DNA from: an uncultured delta proteobacterium
Lineage (GTDB): Bacteria; Myxococcota_A; Polyangia; Polyangiales; Houyiibacteriaceae
Assembly (NCBI GenBank): GCA_963768985.1
Contig: CAVYJZ010000009.1
Coordinates: 726,546 to 790,545 of the forward strand
Length of the DNA stretch: 64,000 nucleotides
Direction: 5' to 3'
A program made the translations under genes and the position numbers. This document shows, piece by piece, positions 54,458-64,000 of this stretch. How positions within the stretch are numbered: position 1 is the stretch's first letter; each line of letters starts with the position of its first letter. The notes under the pieces were generated by a model. It made no database searches. It was not told where the DNA came from and was given only the letters and a program-made list of their open reading frames with translations.

Positions 54458-55762
54458 ATGCTGGTCTACCGATTGGGTCGTCTCGCTGCGTTTGGTGCGG
54501 CTGTGGGGCTCGTTGTCTTTGTCGCGTCGTGCGGGTCGTCCGATTCCCCGGCGCCGGGCGTCGCGAACAGTGAGATCAAACATTTGGTTGTCATCGTTCA
54601 GGAGAACCACAGCTTCGACAATTACTACGGCAGCTACTGCAAGGCATCGTCTGGCACCAACCCGTCCTGCAACGAAGGGCCCGACTGTTGCGAAGGCGTC
54701 CCGCCGCTCGACCCCAACGGCATCGCGCCGTCTCTGTTGAACGACGAGTCGAACAGCTCCTACGATCCCGACCATACGCAGGAGTGCGAGATGGCGGAGA
54801 TCAACGGCGGCCTGATGGACGGCTTCACGGAGGGACCCGCGTGTGCGGACGCGCGCAACTTTGCCGTGGCCGACACTGCGGCGAAACCGTATTGGGACTT
54901 GGCCCATGGCGGGGCGTTGGCCGATCGGTACTTTCAGCCAATCGTGGGTCAATCCAGCGCGAATGACATGTACTTCGCCGCCGCCAAGTTCGTCTTTCTC
55001 GACAACGCCTTCGTTCCCGACTTCGTCGTCTCGAGGTGCTCCATCAACCCCAACGTCATGGACTTCACGGGGCCAAACCTCGGCGATCTCTTGACGACCG
55101 CGGGCGTACCCTGGACCGTCTATGCGGAGGGGCTCGGCGCCGCACGAACGGCGGTCGCCGCGGGCGAGTGTCCGGCTCCCGACCCGGCTTGCCCACTCGC
55201 TCTCCCGATCTATCCCTGTGTGTTCGATGCCAGTGACATTCCGTATGCCTACTTCGGAGCGGACAGCGCTGACACCGAGCATTTCGCCGACTTCTCACGT
55301 ATGCCGGCCGACATCGATGCAGGCACTCTGCCCGACTATAGCTTCGTCAAGTTCTACGGTTTTCGTACCGAGCACCCGGGGTATGGTACGACGATCACCG
55401 ATGGGACCGACCCGGTCACCGCGCTGGTCGATCAGATCCAAGCTTCGCCATACGCGTCAGACACATTGATTCTGATTACATGGGATGAATCAGGCGGCTA
55501 CTTTGACCACATCGCGCCGCCTCCAACCTCTGACGTCGACGAGCAGCCCTACGGTGCTCGAGTGCCCATGCTGGCTATCGGCCCGTTCGCCAGAGAAGAC
55601 TGGATCTCGCACGTGACGATGGAGCACAGCTCGATCGTCAAGTTCATCGAGTGGAACTGGTTCGGCGGCGAAACAGGTCAGCTAGGAGGCCGCGATGCCA
55701 CCGTCCATAACATCGGCAGCCTCCTCGACTCGACGGTAACCGGCAGGACCGTTCCCGAATAG
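54458..55762 (+). CDS. phosphoesterase (phospholipase C / acid phosphatase family) lipoprotein
   Basis: Lipobox VASC; motifs IKHLVVIVQENHSFDNYYG, EHP, TWDESGGYFDH, GARVP and EHSSI.KFIE. Confidence 0.9.
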   Translation: MLVYRLGRLAAFGAAVGLVVFVASCGSSDSPAPGVANSEIKHLVVIVQENHSFDNYYGSYCKASSGTNPSCNEGPDCCEGVPPLDPNGIAPSLLNDESNSSYDPDHTQECEMAEINGGLMDGFTEGPACADARNFAVADTAAKPYWDLAHGGALADRYFQPIVGQSSANDMYFAAAKFVFLDNAFVPDFVVSRCSINPNVMDFTGPNLGDLLTTAGVPWTVYAEGLGAARTAVAAGECPAPDPACPLALPIYPCVFDASDIPYAYFGADSADTEHFADFSRMPADIDAGTLPDYSFVKFYGFRTEHPGYGTTITDGTDPVTALVDQIQASPYASDTLILITWDESGGYFDHIAPPPTSDVDEQPYGARVPMLAIGPFAREDWISHVTMEHSSIVKFIEWNWFGGETGQLGGRDATVHNIGSLLDSTVTGRTVPE

Positions 55763-55809
55763 CTTTGCATGGCTGCGCGGCCGAACCAGCCCGCGGCATG
55801 TTTTGTATG

Positions 55810-56952
55810 TCATTCGTCTTCAAGCTCGTGCTGGTAGCAGGGGGATGATGCGTATGGTTGGATTTCGCCAAGCAGGGCGTCGTGTCGCTCCGCATCAGAG
55901 CCTGCGGTTGCGACCGGGCTTCCTCGTTCGAGTGCTTGGAGTGTGCGCTCGGCGGCGATGACGATTGTATCGATCCGTTCCTGCACGGTTGGAAGCGTAT
56001 CGAGCTGTCCGGCGACCTGGCCTGCATAGAGTGCAAGGGGCTCCAGATTTCCAGTCGTGGTACGCAGTGGTGAATCCGTGCTCGTACGCAGGATGGGCCT
56101 GCCATCATCCATTGCGACCGGCTCCGCGGTCGTTGCGCCGCTAGCGCCCGGCGTCGCGTCTTTCTGGGCCCGAGTAACGCTGTTCTCCAGCACACGGACG
56201 GGCGCATGCGGGGGCCAGTTGATGGCGAAAATCTCGGTGTGTACCGTGTCTTCCTCGGTGGCAGCGACAACGCGTTGCTTGTGGTAATCGTGAGCGAACG
56301 ACTCCTGTGTGGCGAGAAACGCCGTGCCACATTGAATGCCCGCAGCCCCCAGCGCCCAAGCCGCGACCAGCGACTCACCGGTAGCGAAGCCCCCGGAGGC
56401 CACGACCGGAACCTCGAGAACTTTCACCACCTGAGGCAGTAGAACCAAAGAGGTGACGCCCCGATGAACGTGCCCCCCCGCTTCGAACCCCTGGGCGACG
56501 ATCAGATCAGCGCCTGCGCGTTCGGCCTCCTGCGCCTGAGCAACGGAGCCGACCTGATGCACGACCAGCAGACCACGGGACTTGATGCGCTCAACGACGT
56601 CGCTGTGCACATCCCAAAACAAGGAGATGCTGTGCACGTGCTTTTCAAAGCAAACTGCAAGTTGCTCTTCGAGCAGATGCGGGTCTGTGGCCGCTGGAAT
56701 GACATTCACCCCAAACGGCCGCTCCGTGCGCGTGCGCACCCTGTCGATCTCGGTCGAAATCAACTCGGGTCGTTCTCGAACCATGCCGAGGCTCCCGTAG
56801 CCGCCGGCCTGAGCAACCGCCGCGACGAGCTCGGCTCGAGCCACACCGCCCATCCCCGCCTGCAGAATCGGGTAGCGGCACTCTAGCAGCGCACACAATC
56901 GTCGCCCTGGGTGTTGGGGTTCGTCAAACCTGGTGTTTTTCTTTTCGTTCAT
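55810..56952 (-). CDS. nitronate monooxygenase family flavoprotein
   Basis: Motifs PILQAGMGG, PFGVN, AQGFEAGGH, VVASGG, GTAFLAT.ES.AH and YAGQ. Confidence 0.9.
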   Translation of the reverse strand: MNEKKNTRFDEPQHPGRRLCALLECRYPILQAGMGGVARAELVAAVAQAGGYGSLGMVRERPELISTEIDRVRTRTERPFGVNVIPAATDPHLLEEQLAVCFEKHVHSISLFWDVHSDVVERIKSRGLLVVHQVGSVAQAQEAERAGADLIVAQGFEAGGHVHRGVTSLVLLPQVVKVLEVPVVASGGFATGESLVAAWALGAAGIQCGTAFLATQESFAHDYHKQRVVAATEEDTVHTEIFAINWPPHAPVRVLENSVTRAQKDATPGASGATTAEPVAMDDGRPILRTSTDSPLRTTTGNLEPLALYAGQVAGQLDTLPTVQERIDTIVIAAERTLQALERGSPVATAGSDAERHDALLGEIQPYASSPCYQHELEDE

Positions 56953-57186
56953 CGCGTCTCCGCGCACTTCGGTGGCCGCGCTCGTCGGACCCTAGTGTCC
57001 AGTAGCCTGAATCCACGACGAGGTCACGAACCAGTGGTCACCCACGCACACGGCACGGAGCGCGCCGCGCGACTCGATCCGAACTGGGTGGCGGTTCCCG
57101 TGCTGAGCCTGACCGGCTTCGACCTCTCGCGACTGGCCCTTTGGGGCCCCTCCGATTAGCATAGGCGCCCCGTCGAGAGGTTTTGC

Positions 57187-58764
57187 ATGCTGCACGAAGT
57201 TCGCGTCAATGAAGCACCGGGACGACTAGAGTCGTTCAATCCGCGAGACGGCTCGAAGCTCGGGGAGGTTCCCATCGCGGACGCTGCGATGGTGCGCGCG
57301 GTCTTCGAGAGAGCCAGGCGCGCCCAAGTAGGGTGGGCAGAGATGGGAGTCGATCGTCGCAACGAGATCCTCAACCGGCTTCGAGGGGTGCTCCTCGATC
57401 GGGTAGACGAGATCGCGCGCGTCGTTTCGTCCGAGAACGGCAAGCCACCGGTGGAACCGATCGGGCTGATCGGCCCCGTGTGCGAAACCATCAAGCTCCA
57501 CACGGCGCTCGCGAAGCGGCTCGAGCGCGGTCAGAGGGTCAGCGCGACGTTTTTCGTCGGGTCCAAAGCGCGGATCTTCTACGAGCCACTCGGCGTTGCC
57601 GGATACATCTTGCCTTGGAACTTCCCGTTCGAGCTCGGCATGAAGCACATGATCCCGGCGCTCGCCGCGGGCAACGCGGTCGTGCAGAAACCCTCGCCAG
57701 TCAACCCGCTGATCGGCGACATGATGGTGAGCCTCTTTCGCGACGCTGGGGTTCCAGACGGAGTCGTCCAGATGGTGCACGGATACGCGGAGACCGGGAG
57801 CGCGCTCATCGACGCGGCCGACGCGATCTGCTTCGTGGGGTCGACGGCCACCGGCAAGAAGGTGATGAGGCAGGCCGCCGAGACGTTGACACCGGTCGTC
57901 CTCGAGCTCGGCGGTAACGATGCGGCCATCGTTCGGGAGGACGCCGATCTCGACCTGACAGCGCGCGGTCTGGTCAATGGCACCTGCTACAACGCCGGCC
58001 AGGTGTGCAACGGCATCGAGCGCATCTACGTGCCTCACCACCTGGTCGAACCGCTCGTCGAGAAGATTCGGTCGGTGGTGGGGGAGCTCCGACCGGGCTG
58101 GCAGACCAGCGGCGGGGACTACGACCTCGGACCGATCATCTGGGAGCCGCAGCTGCACATCTACGAGGCGCACACCGCGGATGCGATCGAGAAGGGGGCG
58201 ACGCTCGTCTGCGGAGGGGAGGCTCGGCGGGAGGGCGGCGGAGTCTACTGGCCTCCGACGATCCTCACTGGGATGACCCACGAGATGAGGATGATGCGAG
58301 AGGAGACCTTCGGGCCGTTCCTCGCGATCATGGGCGTCGGGAGCGACGACGAGGCGGTCCGGCTTGCCAACGATTCTCAGTACGGCTTGGGTGGTAGCGT
58401 ATGGACGCGTGACATCAAGGCCGGTGAAGCGATCGCGCGTCGGATGCGCGCCGGTTCGGTGATGGTGAACAACGCGGTGCAATCGGGCGGTTGCGTCACA
58501 TTGCCTTTCGGCGGTGACGGCGACTCGGGTGTCGGCCGCGCACAAGGCGAGCAGGCCTATTATCACTACGTCGCAACGAAGAGCGTGATGATCTCTCCGG
58601 ACAGTGTCGAGGCGCTTTGGATGCCGTACGCGTCGACGACCGAGGCTTTCTTCAAAGGCGTCCTCAAGGTGTTCAACGGCCGCGGGATCGCGGAGCGGGC
58701 CAGCGGTTTGGCGAGCCTGATTCGAAATCGGCCTCGCGGAGAGCATTCACCCTGGCGCAAATAG
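57187..58764 (+). CDS. aldehyde dehydrogenase
   Basis: Motifs PWNFP, GNAVVQKPS, GSTATG, LELGGND (Glu), NAGQVC (Cys), EETFGP and PFGG. Confidence 0.95.
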   Translation: MLHEVRVNEAPGRLESFNPRDGSKLGEVPIADAAMVRAVFERARRAQVGWAEMGVDRRNEILNRLRGVLLDRVDEIARVVSSENGKPPVEPIGLIGPVCETIKLHTALAKRLERGQRVSATFFVGSKARIFYEPLGVAGYILPWNFPFELGMKHMIPALAAGNAVVQKPSPVNPLIGDMMVSLFRDAGVPDGVVQMVHGYAETGSALIDAADAICFVGSTATGKKVMRQAAETLTPVVLELGGNDAAIVREDADLDLTARGLVNGTCYNAGQVCNGIERIYVPHHLVEPLVEKIRSVVGELRPGWQTSGGDYDLGPIIWEPQLHIYEAHTADAIEKGATLVCGGEARREGGGVYWPPTILTGMTHEMRMMREETFGPFLAIMGVGSDDEAVRLANDSQYGLGGSVWTRDIKAGEAIARRMRAGSVMVNNAVQSGGCVTLPFGGDGDSGVGRAQGEQAYYHYVATKSVMISPDSVEALWMPYASTTEAFFKGVLKVFNGRGIAERASGLASLIRNRPRGEHSPWRK

Positions 58765-58801
58765 GTTCCGTCTGGGACAGTGTTTGGTATATGGGAGCGA
58801 T

Positions 58802-59572
58802 ATGAGCGAGTCCATTGCCAACGATTTCCAGACGATTCGATACGAACAGAAGGGAGCCGTCGGCGTCATTACGCTCGATCGGCCCAAGTGCCTCAACGCG
58901 ATCAACTTCGCGATGCGCGACGAGCTGACAGAGTGCCTGCGCGCCCGCGCCACCGATCTGGACACACGCGTCATTCTATTGACGGGAGCCGGTCGGGCGT
59001 TCAGCGCGGGTCTCGACCTCAAGGAACCGGCCATCGCCGGCGGCGAATCGATGACGCCGAAGCGGGCCTACGAGGCGCAACGAACCTACTCGCAGATGAT
59101 CCTCGAGATGCGGCGTATTCCACAGCCCATCGTGGGCGCGATCCACGGTCCCGCAATTGGGGCGGGCTTCTCGATCGCGATGGCTTGCGACATTCGGCTG
59201 GCGTCGCCCGTGGCGACATTCCAGGCCGCCTACATCAACCTCGGTTTTGGGGGCGCCGACATGGGCTCGTCCTGGTTGCTGCCTCGGGCGGTGGGAGCCG
59301 GAAATGCAGCGCGCTACTTGCTCTCCGGGGATGTTCTACCGGCCGACGAAGCGCTGCGCATCGGGTTCGTTCAGGCGTTGGTCGATCAGGAGAGCCTTCT
59401 GGAGGAGGCGGGCGGTCTAGCCAAGAAGCTTGCGGGCAAGTCGCCGCTCGGTCTTCGCCTGACCAAGGAAGCGCTGGATGCGGCCGTCAGCGGGCTGAGC
59501 CTCGAGCAGACCATCCGGCTCGAGGATCGCAATCAGGCCATGTGCATCAGCCAGCTCATGGGAGAACGCTGA
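58802..59572 (+). CDS. enoyl-CoA hydratase/isomerase (crotonase) family, atypical catalytic residues
   Basis: Motifs ITLDRP..LNA, GRAFSAGLDL, HGPAIGAG and ACDIR; GGAG RBS. Confidence 0.92.
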   Translation: MSESIANDFQTIRYEQKGAVGVITLDRPKCLNAINFAMRDELTECLRARATDLDTRVILLTGAGRAFSAGLDLKEPAIAGGESMTPKRAYEAQRTYSQMILEMRRIPQPIVGAIHGPAIGAGFSIAMACDIRLASPVATFQAAYINLGFGGADMGSSWLLPRAVGAGNAARYLLSGDVLPADEALRIGFVQALVDQESLLEEAGGLAKKLAGKSPLGLRLTKEALDAAVSGLSLEQTIRLEDRNQAMCISQLMGER

Positions 59573-59615
59573 TGGTGCAGGCAGCGATCGAGCTGACAAT
59601 CCACGGAGCGAAGCA

Positions 59616-60431
59616 ATGAGCAGCAACTTCAAGAACTACGAGAACCCGTCGATCTTTCATCGCTGGGCGGCAGCCCAGTGGCGCCGACCCAAGGACCCCA
59701 CCATCTACGGCGCGACGGAAATCGACATGGAGCCAGCGCTGGCCTTCGTGGACAAGGTTCGACAAGAGTGGGGTGTGCAGGTCACGGTCACGCACCTGGT
59801 GACCAAGGCGCTGGCCATTGCGATCGCCCGTCACCCAGAGACCAACGCCAAGGTGCGGTTTTGGGGCAAGCTCGAGCAACGCAAGACCGTCGATATCACC
59901 GTGTTGATTGCCGGCGCCGGCGGCCGTGACCTCTCAGCGCACCGAATCGCCGCAGCGGACAAGCTGCCGCTGCGCCAGCTGGCGACCGACGTGATCGAAG
60001 CATGCGAGCTCATCCGCGCCGACGACGACCCCAAGTTCCGTAAGAGTAAGGAGCTCGTGGAGAAGCTCCCCTGGTGGATGATGCGCTCGTTCCTTTCGCT
60101 CGCGAGTCTCTCGATGAACGAGCTCTACCTCGACCTTCCGAAGCTCGGCTTGCCCGCAGACCTCTTCGGCACCGGGATGGTGACCAGCCTCGGCATGCAC
60201 GGTGTCGACGAAGCCTACGCGCCCCTGACGCCGATCAGCCGCATCATGGTCGACGTGCTTCTCACACGCGTGCGTCAACGCCCCTGGGTCGGAGACGACG
60301 GCGAGCTCAGCGTTCGGCCCACGCTCAAGCTCTGCGCCACCTTCGACCATCGCGTCGTCGACGGCATCCAGGCCGCCAGGATCTGCCAGGAGCTCCACTC
60401 CCTGCTCGGCGATCCCGATTCGCTCCGCTGA
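59616..60431 (+). CDS. stand-alone 2-oxoacid dehydrogenase E2-like acyltransferase (catalytic domain only)
   Basis: TFDHRVVDG (HxxxDG) and TSLG are present; there is no lipoyl or E3-binding domain. Confidence 0.85.
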   Translation: MSSNFKNYENPSIFHRWAAAQWRRPKDPTIYGATEIDMEPALAFVDKVRQEWGVQVTVTHLVTKALAIAIARHPETNAKVRFWGKLEQRKTVDITVLIAGAGGRDLSAHRIAAADKLPLRQLATDVIEACELIRADDDPKFRKSKELVEKLPWWMMRSFLSLASLSMNELYLDLPKLGLPADLFGTGMVTSLGMHGVDEAYAPLTPISRIMVDVLLTRVRQRPWVGDDGELSVRPTLKLCATFDHRVVDGIQAARICQELHSLLGDPDSLR

Positions 60432-60486
60432 ACCACCACCAATTACTTAGGGGCGGGGTTTGTCCCGCCTACCAGAGAGGAACCGC

Positions 60487-61707
60487 ATGGCCGCTTTTGA
60501 TTTCTTCATCACGCTCGATGGCAACTGCCTCAACGGTTTCGAGGGCCTCTGCGGCGTCGCCCGCCTCCGCTGCGACCCCGACGCCGACCGCTGGGAGAAG
60601 GAGGTCCACTTCTTCGAAGGGCTGGCCGGCGGACATGCCACGCAGGTGAACCCTACGGGCACGCTGGCGTTCCTCGGCAACCTCTCCCAGACACTGCTGT
60701 TCTACGATCCGCGCACACTGCGCGAGGTGCGCCGCCTCTCGACGCTCCGCTTCTGCGCGCCCGAGGTCCTGTACTCCAGTCAAACCCACGTGGTGTGGCT
60801 GTCCGAGAAGACTTTCATCACGGTGCTTGGAGACTCGTTTTGGCGCTTCGATATGGACGACCTCGAGCACCCGGTCCGCCTCGGCGCCCACCTCGTGAAG
60901 CTCCCCCACGCGCTCAAGCTCTCGCCCTCGCGACGCTACATCGGCTACGGTTCCATGGACCACGACTTCAAGGGCTACGCACGCGAGCTGGGCGTCTTCG
61001 ATCTCACCACCAACGAAGCTCGCGTCGTGCAGCTTCCGGCCACCTGCTGGCACATCGCGGCGCACCCGACCAAGGACTTCTTCTACGGCCCGAGTCAGCA
61101 GGTTGCCCCCCAGGGGCACGAGTTCGGCGAGTACACGCTCGCTCATTTCAAGAACTACGTCTTCGAGGTCGACGCCGAAACGGCCACCGTCACTCGCCAC
61201 GCCTCCATTGCCAAGGAGCTCCCCGCAGCATTCACATCCGACGTCGTGGTCACGTCCAATGACGTCTTCTACAACGCGTGCGCCGGCGGCACGCTAGTGC
61301 GGGTCGATCTCGAGACCTTCAAGCACGTGCAGTTCATCGACGAGCGCCCGAGCTTCCTCCGCTCGCTCCCTCATCTGCGCAGCGGTTGGTCGAACCTGGT
61401 AGAAAGCTTCAGCCGCGTCGACGTGCCCGGCAACTCGCATCTGCTCCTGAAGGCGCTGCGTGCCACCCGCTTCAGCCTCCTCGACGGAAGCCTCGGCCTG
61501 CAGGTGAGCCCCGACGGTCGCTTCATCCTCTCTGCCCACCGCGGCCTCAACGAGGTGATCGTCTATCGCCACCCGGAGATGACGGTGCACAAGCGCATCC
61601 GCTTCCCGTCCATTCGCGGCTTTTTCCCCGAGCACGTCGGGCTCCTGAGCGATCCTCGCCTCGGCTTCCACCACACCACGCTCTCGACCGCGACCGTCAG
61701 CGCTTGA
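60487..61707 (+). CDS. uncharacterised His-rich beta-propeller protein
   Basis: GAGG RBS; blade-like repeats (VNPTGTLAF, LSPSRRYI, HPTKDFFY, VSPDGRFILSAHRG); no signal peptide. Confidence 0.7.
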   Translation: MAAFDFFITLDGNCLNGFEGLCGVARLRCDPDADRWEKEVHFFEGLAGGHATQVNPTGTLAFLGNLSQTLLFYDPRTLREVRRLSTLRFCAPEVLYSSQTHVVWLSEKTFITVLGDSFWRFDMDDLEHPVRLGAHLVKLPHALKLSPSRRYIGYGSMDHDFKGYARELGVFDLTTNEARVVQLPATCWHIAAHPTKDFFYGPSQQVAPQGHEFGEYTLAHFKNYVFEVDAETATVTRHASIAKELPAAFTSDVVVTSNDVFYNACAGGTLVRVDLETFKHVQFIDERPSFLRSLPHLRSGWSNLVESFSRVDVPGNSHLLLKALRATRFSLLDGSLGLQVSPDGRFILSAHRGLNEVIVYRHPEMTVHKRIRFPSIRGFFPEHVGLLSDPRLGFHHTTLSTATVSA

Positions 61708-61712
61708 GCGGC

Positions 61713-63122
61713 CTAACCGCGCATGTCCTCGAGCTCGATGCCGCGTGTCTCGTGGACCATTCTCAAAACGAAGATGATCGAGAGAAATGCACAGAAGGTG
61801 TAGAAGCCGTACGCGCCAGCGAGGCCGATCCCAGAGAGCATGATCGGAAAGGTCATCGTGATCGCGAAGTTCGAACCCCATTGCGCGAGGCCGCTCACGG
61901 CGAGCCCGGTGCCGCGAATCTGGTTTGGGAACATCTCGCCGAGCATCACCCACATCACGGGACCCCAGGAGAAGTTGAAGAACACGACGTAGGTATTGGC
62001 TGCGATCAGCGCCAGGGGGCCGTAGAATCCTTCCAGCGTCAATGACCCGTCCGCGGCAGCCGTGGCGTTGGCGAACGCATAGCTCACCAGCGCGAGCGTG
62101 ATCGCCATGCCGATGGAGCCGATCATGAGGATTGGCTTTCGGCCGATCCGGTCGATGAGCAGGATCGTGACGGTGACCGCGCCGATACTGAGCCCACCGC
62201 TGACGAGGTTGATTAGCAGGGCGTCACTCTCCTTGAAACCCACCGACTGCCAGAGAACCGCTCCGTAGTAGAACACGACGTTGATTCCGACGAGCTGCTG
62301 CAGGCTGGCTAGCCCGAGCCCGACCCACACGATGCGCCGGACCTTTCCCGAGCCTTGGTCGAGCAGGTCCGAGAATTTCGGACGGTGGTGGTCGCCCGCC
62401 AGCGAGGCTTCGATCTCCTCGGCCTTGGCAACCGCGGCATCACGGCCATTGAGTGACGTAAGCACGTCGATCGCGAGGTCCCGTTTCCCGATCAGCATGA
62501 GGTAGCGCGGGCTTTCGGGGATCATCAGAAGTGCCAGCAGGAATATCGTCGCAGGAAGGACCCCAACCCAGAACATCCAGCGCCACGCCTGGAAACCCCA
62601 CCAGAACTCGCTCAGTGACGACCCCGCGGCATTTGCGATCAAGTAATTGGAGAAGAACGCGATGAAGAGGCCGGCGATGATGGCGACTTGCTGAACGGTG
62701 GCGAGCATGCCGCGATAGGCTGCTGGCGCGACCTCCGCAATGTACGCCGGCGCAAGTACGCTCGCTGCCCCGATGGCGAGGCCGCCGAGCACGCGGTAGA
62801 GGACGAATTCCAATGACCCATCGGCTGCACCGGAGCCCCACGCGCTGACGACGAAGAACGCGGCCGCGATACGCATGATGAATCGGCGGCCGTAACTGTC
62901 CGCGAGCCGGCCAGCAAAAAATGCGCCGGCCGCACAGCCGAGCAGCATCGACGCGACGTTGAAACCCGTCCCCACGCTGTCCGAATGGAATGCGGTCCGC
63001 AGGCCATCGACCGTGCCGTTGATGACGCCCGAATCGTAACCGAACAGGAAGCCACCGATGGTCGCGACACCGCTGATCAGCACGATGTAGACGGTGTTGG
63101 ATTGCCCGGCCTCGATCGGCAC
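61713..63122 (-). CDS. sugar porter family MFS (XylE/GlcP-like)
   Basis: Motifs GGFLFGYDSGVING, DSYGRR, PAYIAEVAP..RG, PESPRYL, QQLVGINVVFYY, WGPVMWVMLGEMFP and ETRG.ELE. The start may extend to 63173. Confidence 0.95.
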   Translation of the reverse strand: MPIEAGQSNTVYIVLISGVATIGGFLFGYDSGVINGTVDGLRTAFHSDSVGTGFNVASMLLGCAAGAFFAGRLADSYGRRFIMRIAAAFFVVSAWGSGAADGSLEFVLYRVLGGLAIGAASVLAPAYIAEVAPAAYRGMLATVQQVAIIAGLFIAFFSNYLIANAAGSSLSEFWWGFQAWRWMFWVGVLPATIFLLALLMIPESPRYLMLIGKRDLAIDVLTSLNGRDAAVAKAEEIEASLAGDHHRPKFSDLLDQGSGKVRRIVWVGLGLASLQQLVGINVVFYYGAVLWQSVGFKESDALLINLVSGGLSIGAVTVTILLIDRIGRKPILMIGSIGMAITLALVSYAFANATAAADGSLTLEGFYGPLALIAANTYVVFFNFSWGPVMWVMLGEMFPNQIRGTGLAVSGLAQWGSNFAITMTFPIMLSGIGLAGAYGFYTFCAFLSIIFVLRMVHETRGIELEDMRG

Positions 63123-63191
63123 TGTACTCAACGATCCACCCCGCCCATTTCCATGGCCGCGATAGTCTCCCACGCCGGCCCAAGTGTCCAG

Positions 63192-64000
63192 CTAGGGGTA
63201 GAACACACTGTCGTAGAAATCGACCATGAGGCCGATTCCCTCCATCCCATACGTATTGAACGTCTCGATGGTTCCGGCGTGGGGCTTCCAGTCCAGATAG
63301 GCGTGGCTGGCGCCGTCGATGGTGTCGATGCTGGAGACTTGCCCCGCCGCCGTCAACGCGTCCGCGTAGTCCTGAAGCGACGGCGCGGAGATAAGCGGGT
63401 CCGCGCTTCCGCGGGTCAGGTGCTGCGGGGGGAGCACCCTCACCGAAGAATCCGGGATGTTGTCGATAGGGGAGACGTGCTCGTTCCAATCGTGATCTGC
63501 ATCGAAGTCGTCGACATTCGCAAAGACGCCGTAGCTTGGCTCGACCGCTTGGACCGCGGCCTGCAAGTTCGCCTTGAACGGAGCGACGTCGTCCGCGGCA
63601 ACTCCGGTGGGCCAGAACTCCCAGACACCGTCCACGAAACCGCCCGTGCCGATCTTGTCGGAAAGCGTCGCCACCACAGCCGCCAAATGGCCACCTGCAC
63701 TGTCGCCCGTCACTGCGATCGTGTTGGGATCCGCTCCGTACAGGGTCGCGTTCAGCATGATGTGGTGGATCCCACCGAAGATGTCGTTGATGAGGTCGGC
63801 CATGGTGTTCGGCTCCGGGTCACCATCGGCCAATCCCGCCAAGCGATAGTTCATGCTGAAGGCCACGTACCGACCGGTCTTCGCGAGCTCTCGGCCGAGG
63901 CCCCGCATGATGTCTTCGTTGTTGGCGGTCCAGCCACCACCGTGAATGATGATGACTGCGGGCAGATCACTGTGCGCGGCTTCGGGCTCGAACACGTCGT
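63192..64000 (-). CDS. alpha/beta hydrolase (HSL/BD-FAE-like), 5' truncated by window
   Basis: Motifs IHGGGW, NYRL, GDSAGGHL (Ser), ADPL (Asp) and GASHA (His). Confidence 0.88.
   Translation of the reverse strand, partial: DVFEPEAAHSDLPAVIIIHGGGWTANNEDIMRGLGRELAKTGRYVAFSMNYRLAGLADGDPEPNTMADLINDIFGGIHHIMLNATLYGADPNTIAVTGDSAGGHLAAVVATLSDKIGTGGFVDGVWEFWPTGVAADDVAPFKANLQAAVQAVEPSYGVFANVDDFDADHDWNEHVSPIDNIPDSSVRVLPPQHLTRGSADPLISAPSLQDYADALTAAGQVSSIDTIDGASHAYLDWKPHAGTIETFNTYGMEGIGLMVDFYDSVFYP

Noticed and set aside
1-64000. Mobile elements, prophage, defence systems, tRNA/rRNA, selenocysteine or programmed-frameshift genes
   Set aside because: No transposase, integrase, phage, nuclease or structured-RNA signatures were seen, and the recognised genes have intact reading frames.

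Overview
A 64-kb, GC-rich and densely coding bacterial segment with about 58 CDSs, two of them truncated by the window edges. I found no rRNA, tRNA, CRISPR array, transposase or integrase. A MYXO-CTERM sorting signal, an SCE4755-type LPMO-like protein and many Cys-rich or Gly-linker (GTGG/GGAGG) lipoproteins point to a myxobacterium (Myxococcota, probably Polyangia); this is an inference. Recognisable modules are metF, rlmI, a USP plus Na/K-type P-ATPase pair, a circularly permuted ATP-grasp plus alpha-E pair, an alpha-glucan cluster (amylosucrase, GH13_8-type branching enzyme, glgP), a two-component-regulated TolC-MFP-RND pump, a stress-type cluster (M50-CBS protease, MgtC/DUF4010, PPK2, membrane-anchored Hsp20) and a sugar porter. 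The best leads for undescribed biology are: (1) an operon of ALDH, an atypical crotonase, a lipoyl-less E2 acyltransferase and a His-lined beta-propeller (57187-61707); (2) a bacterial pentraxin-like lipoprotein with an apparently intact Ca2+ site, divergently paired across a perfect CRP/FNR-type palindrome with a lipoprotein made of three symmetric six-Cys repeats (29099-30836); (3) an LPMO-like His-brace protein head-to-head with a monohaem cytochrome c; and (4) a probable AUU-initiated gene. All family calls come from motif recognition by eye, and no database searches were run.
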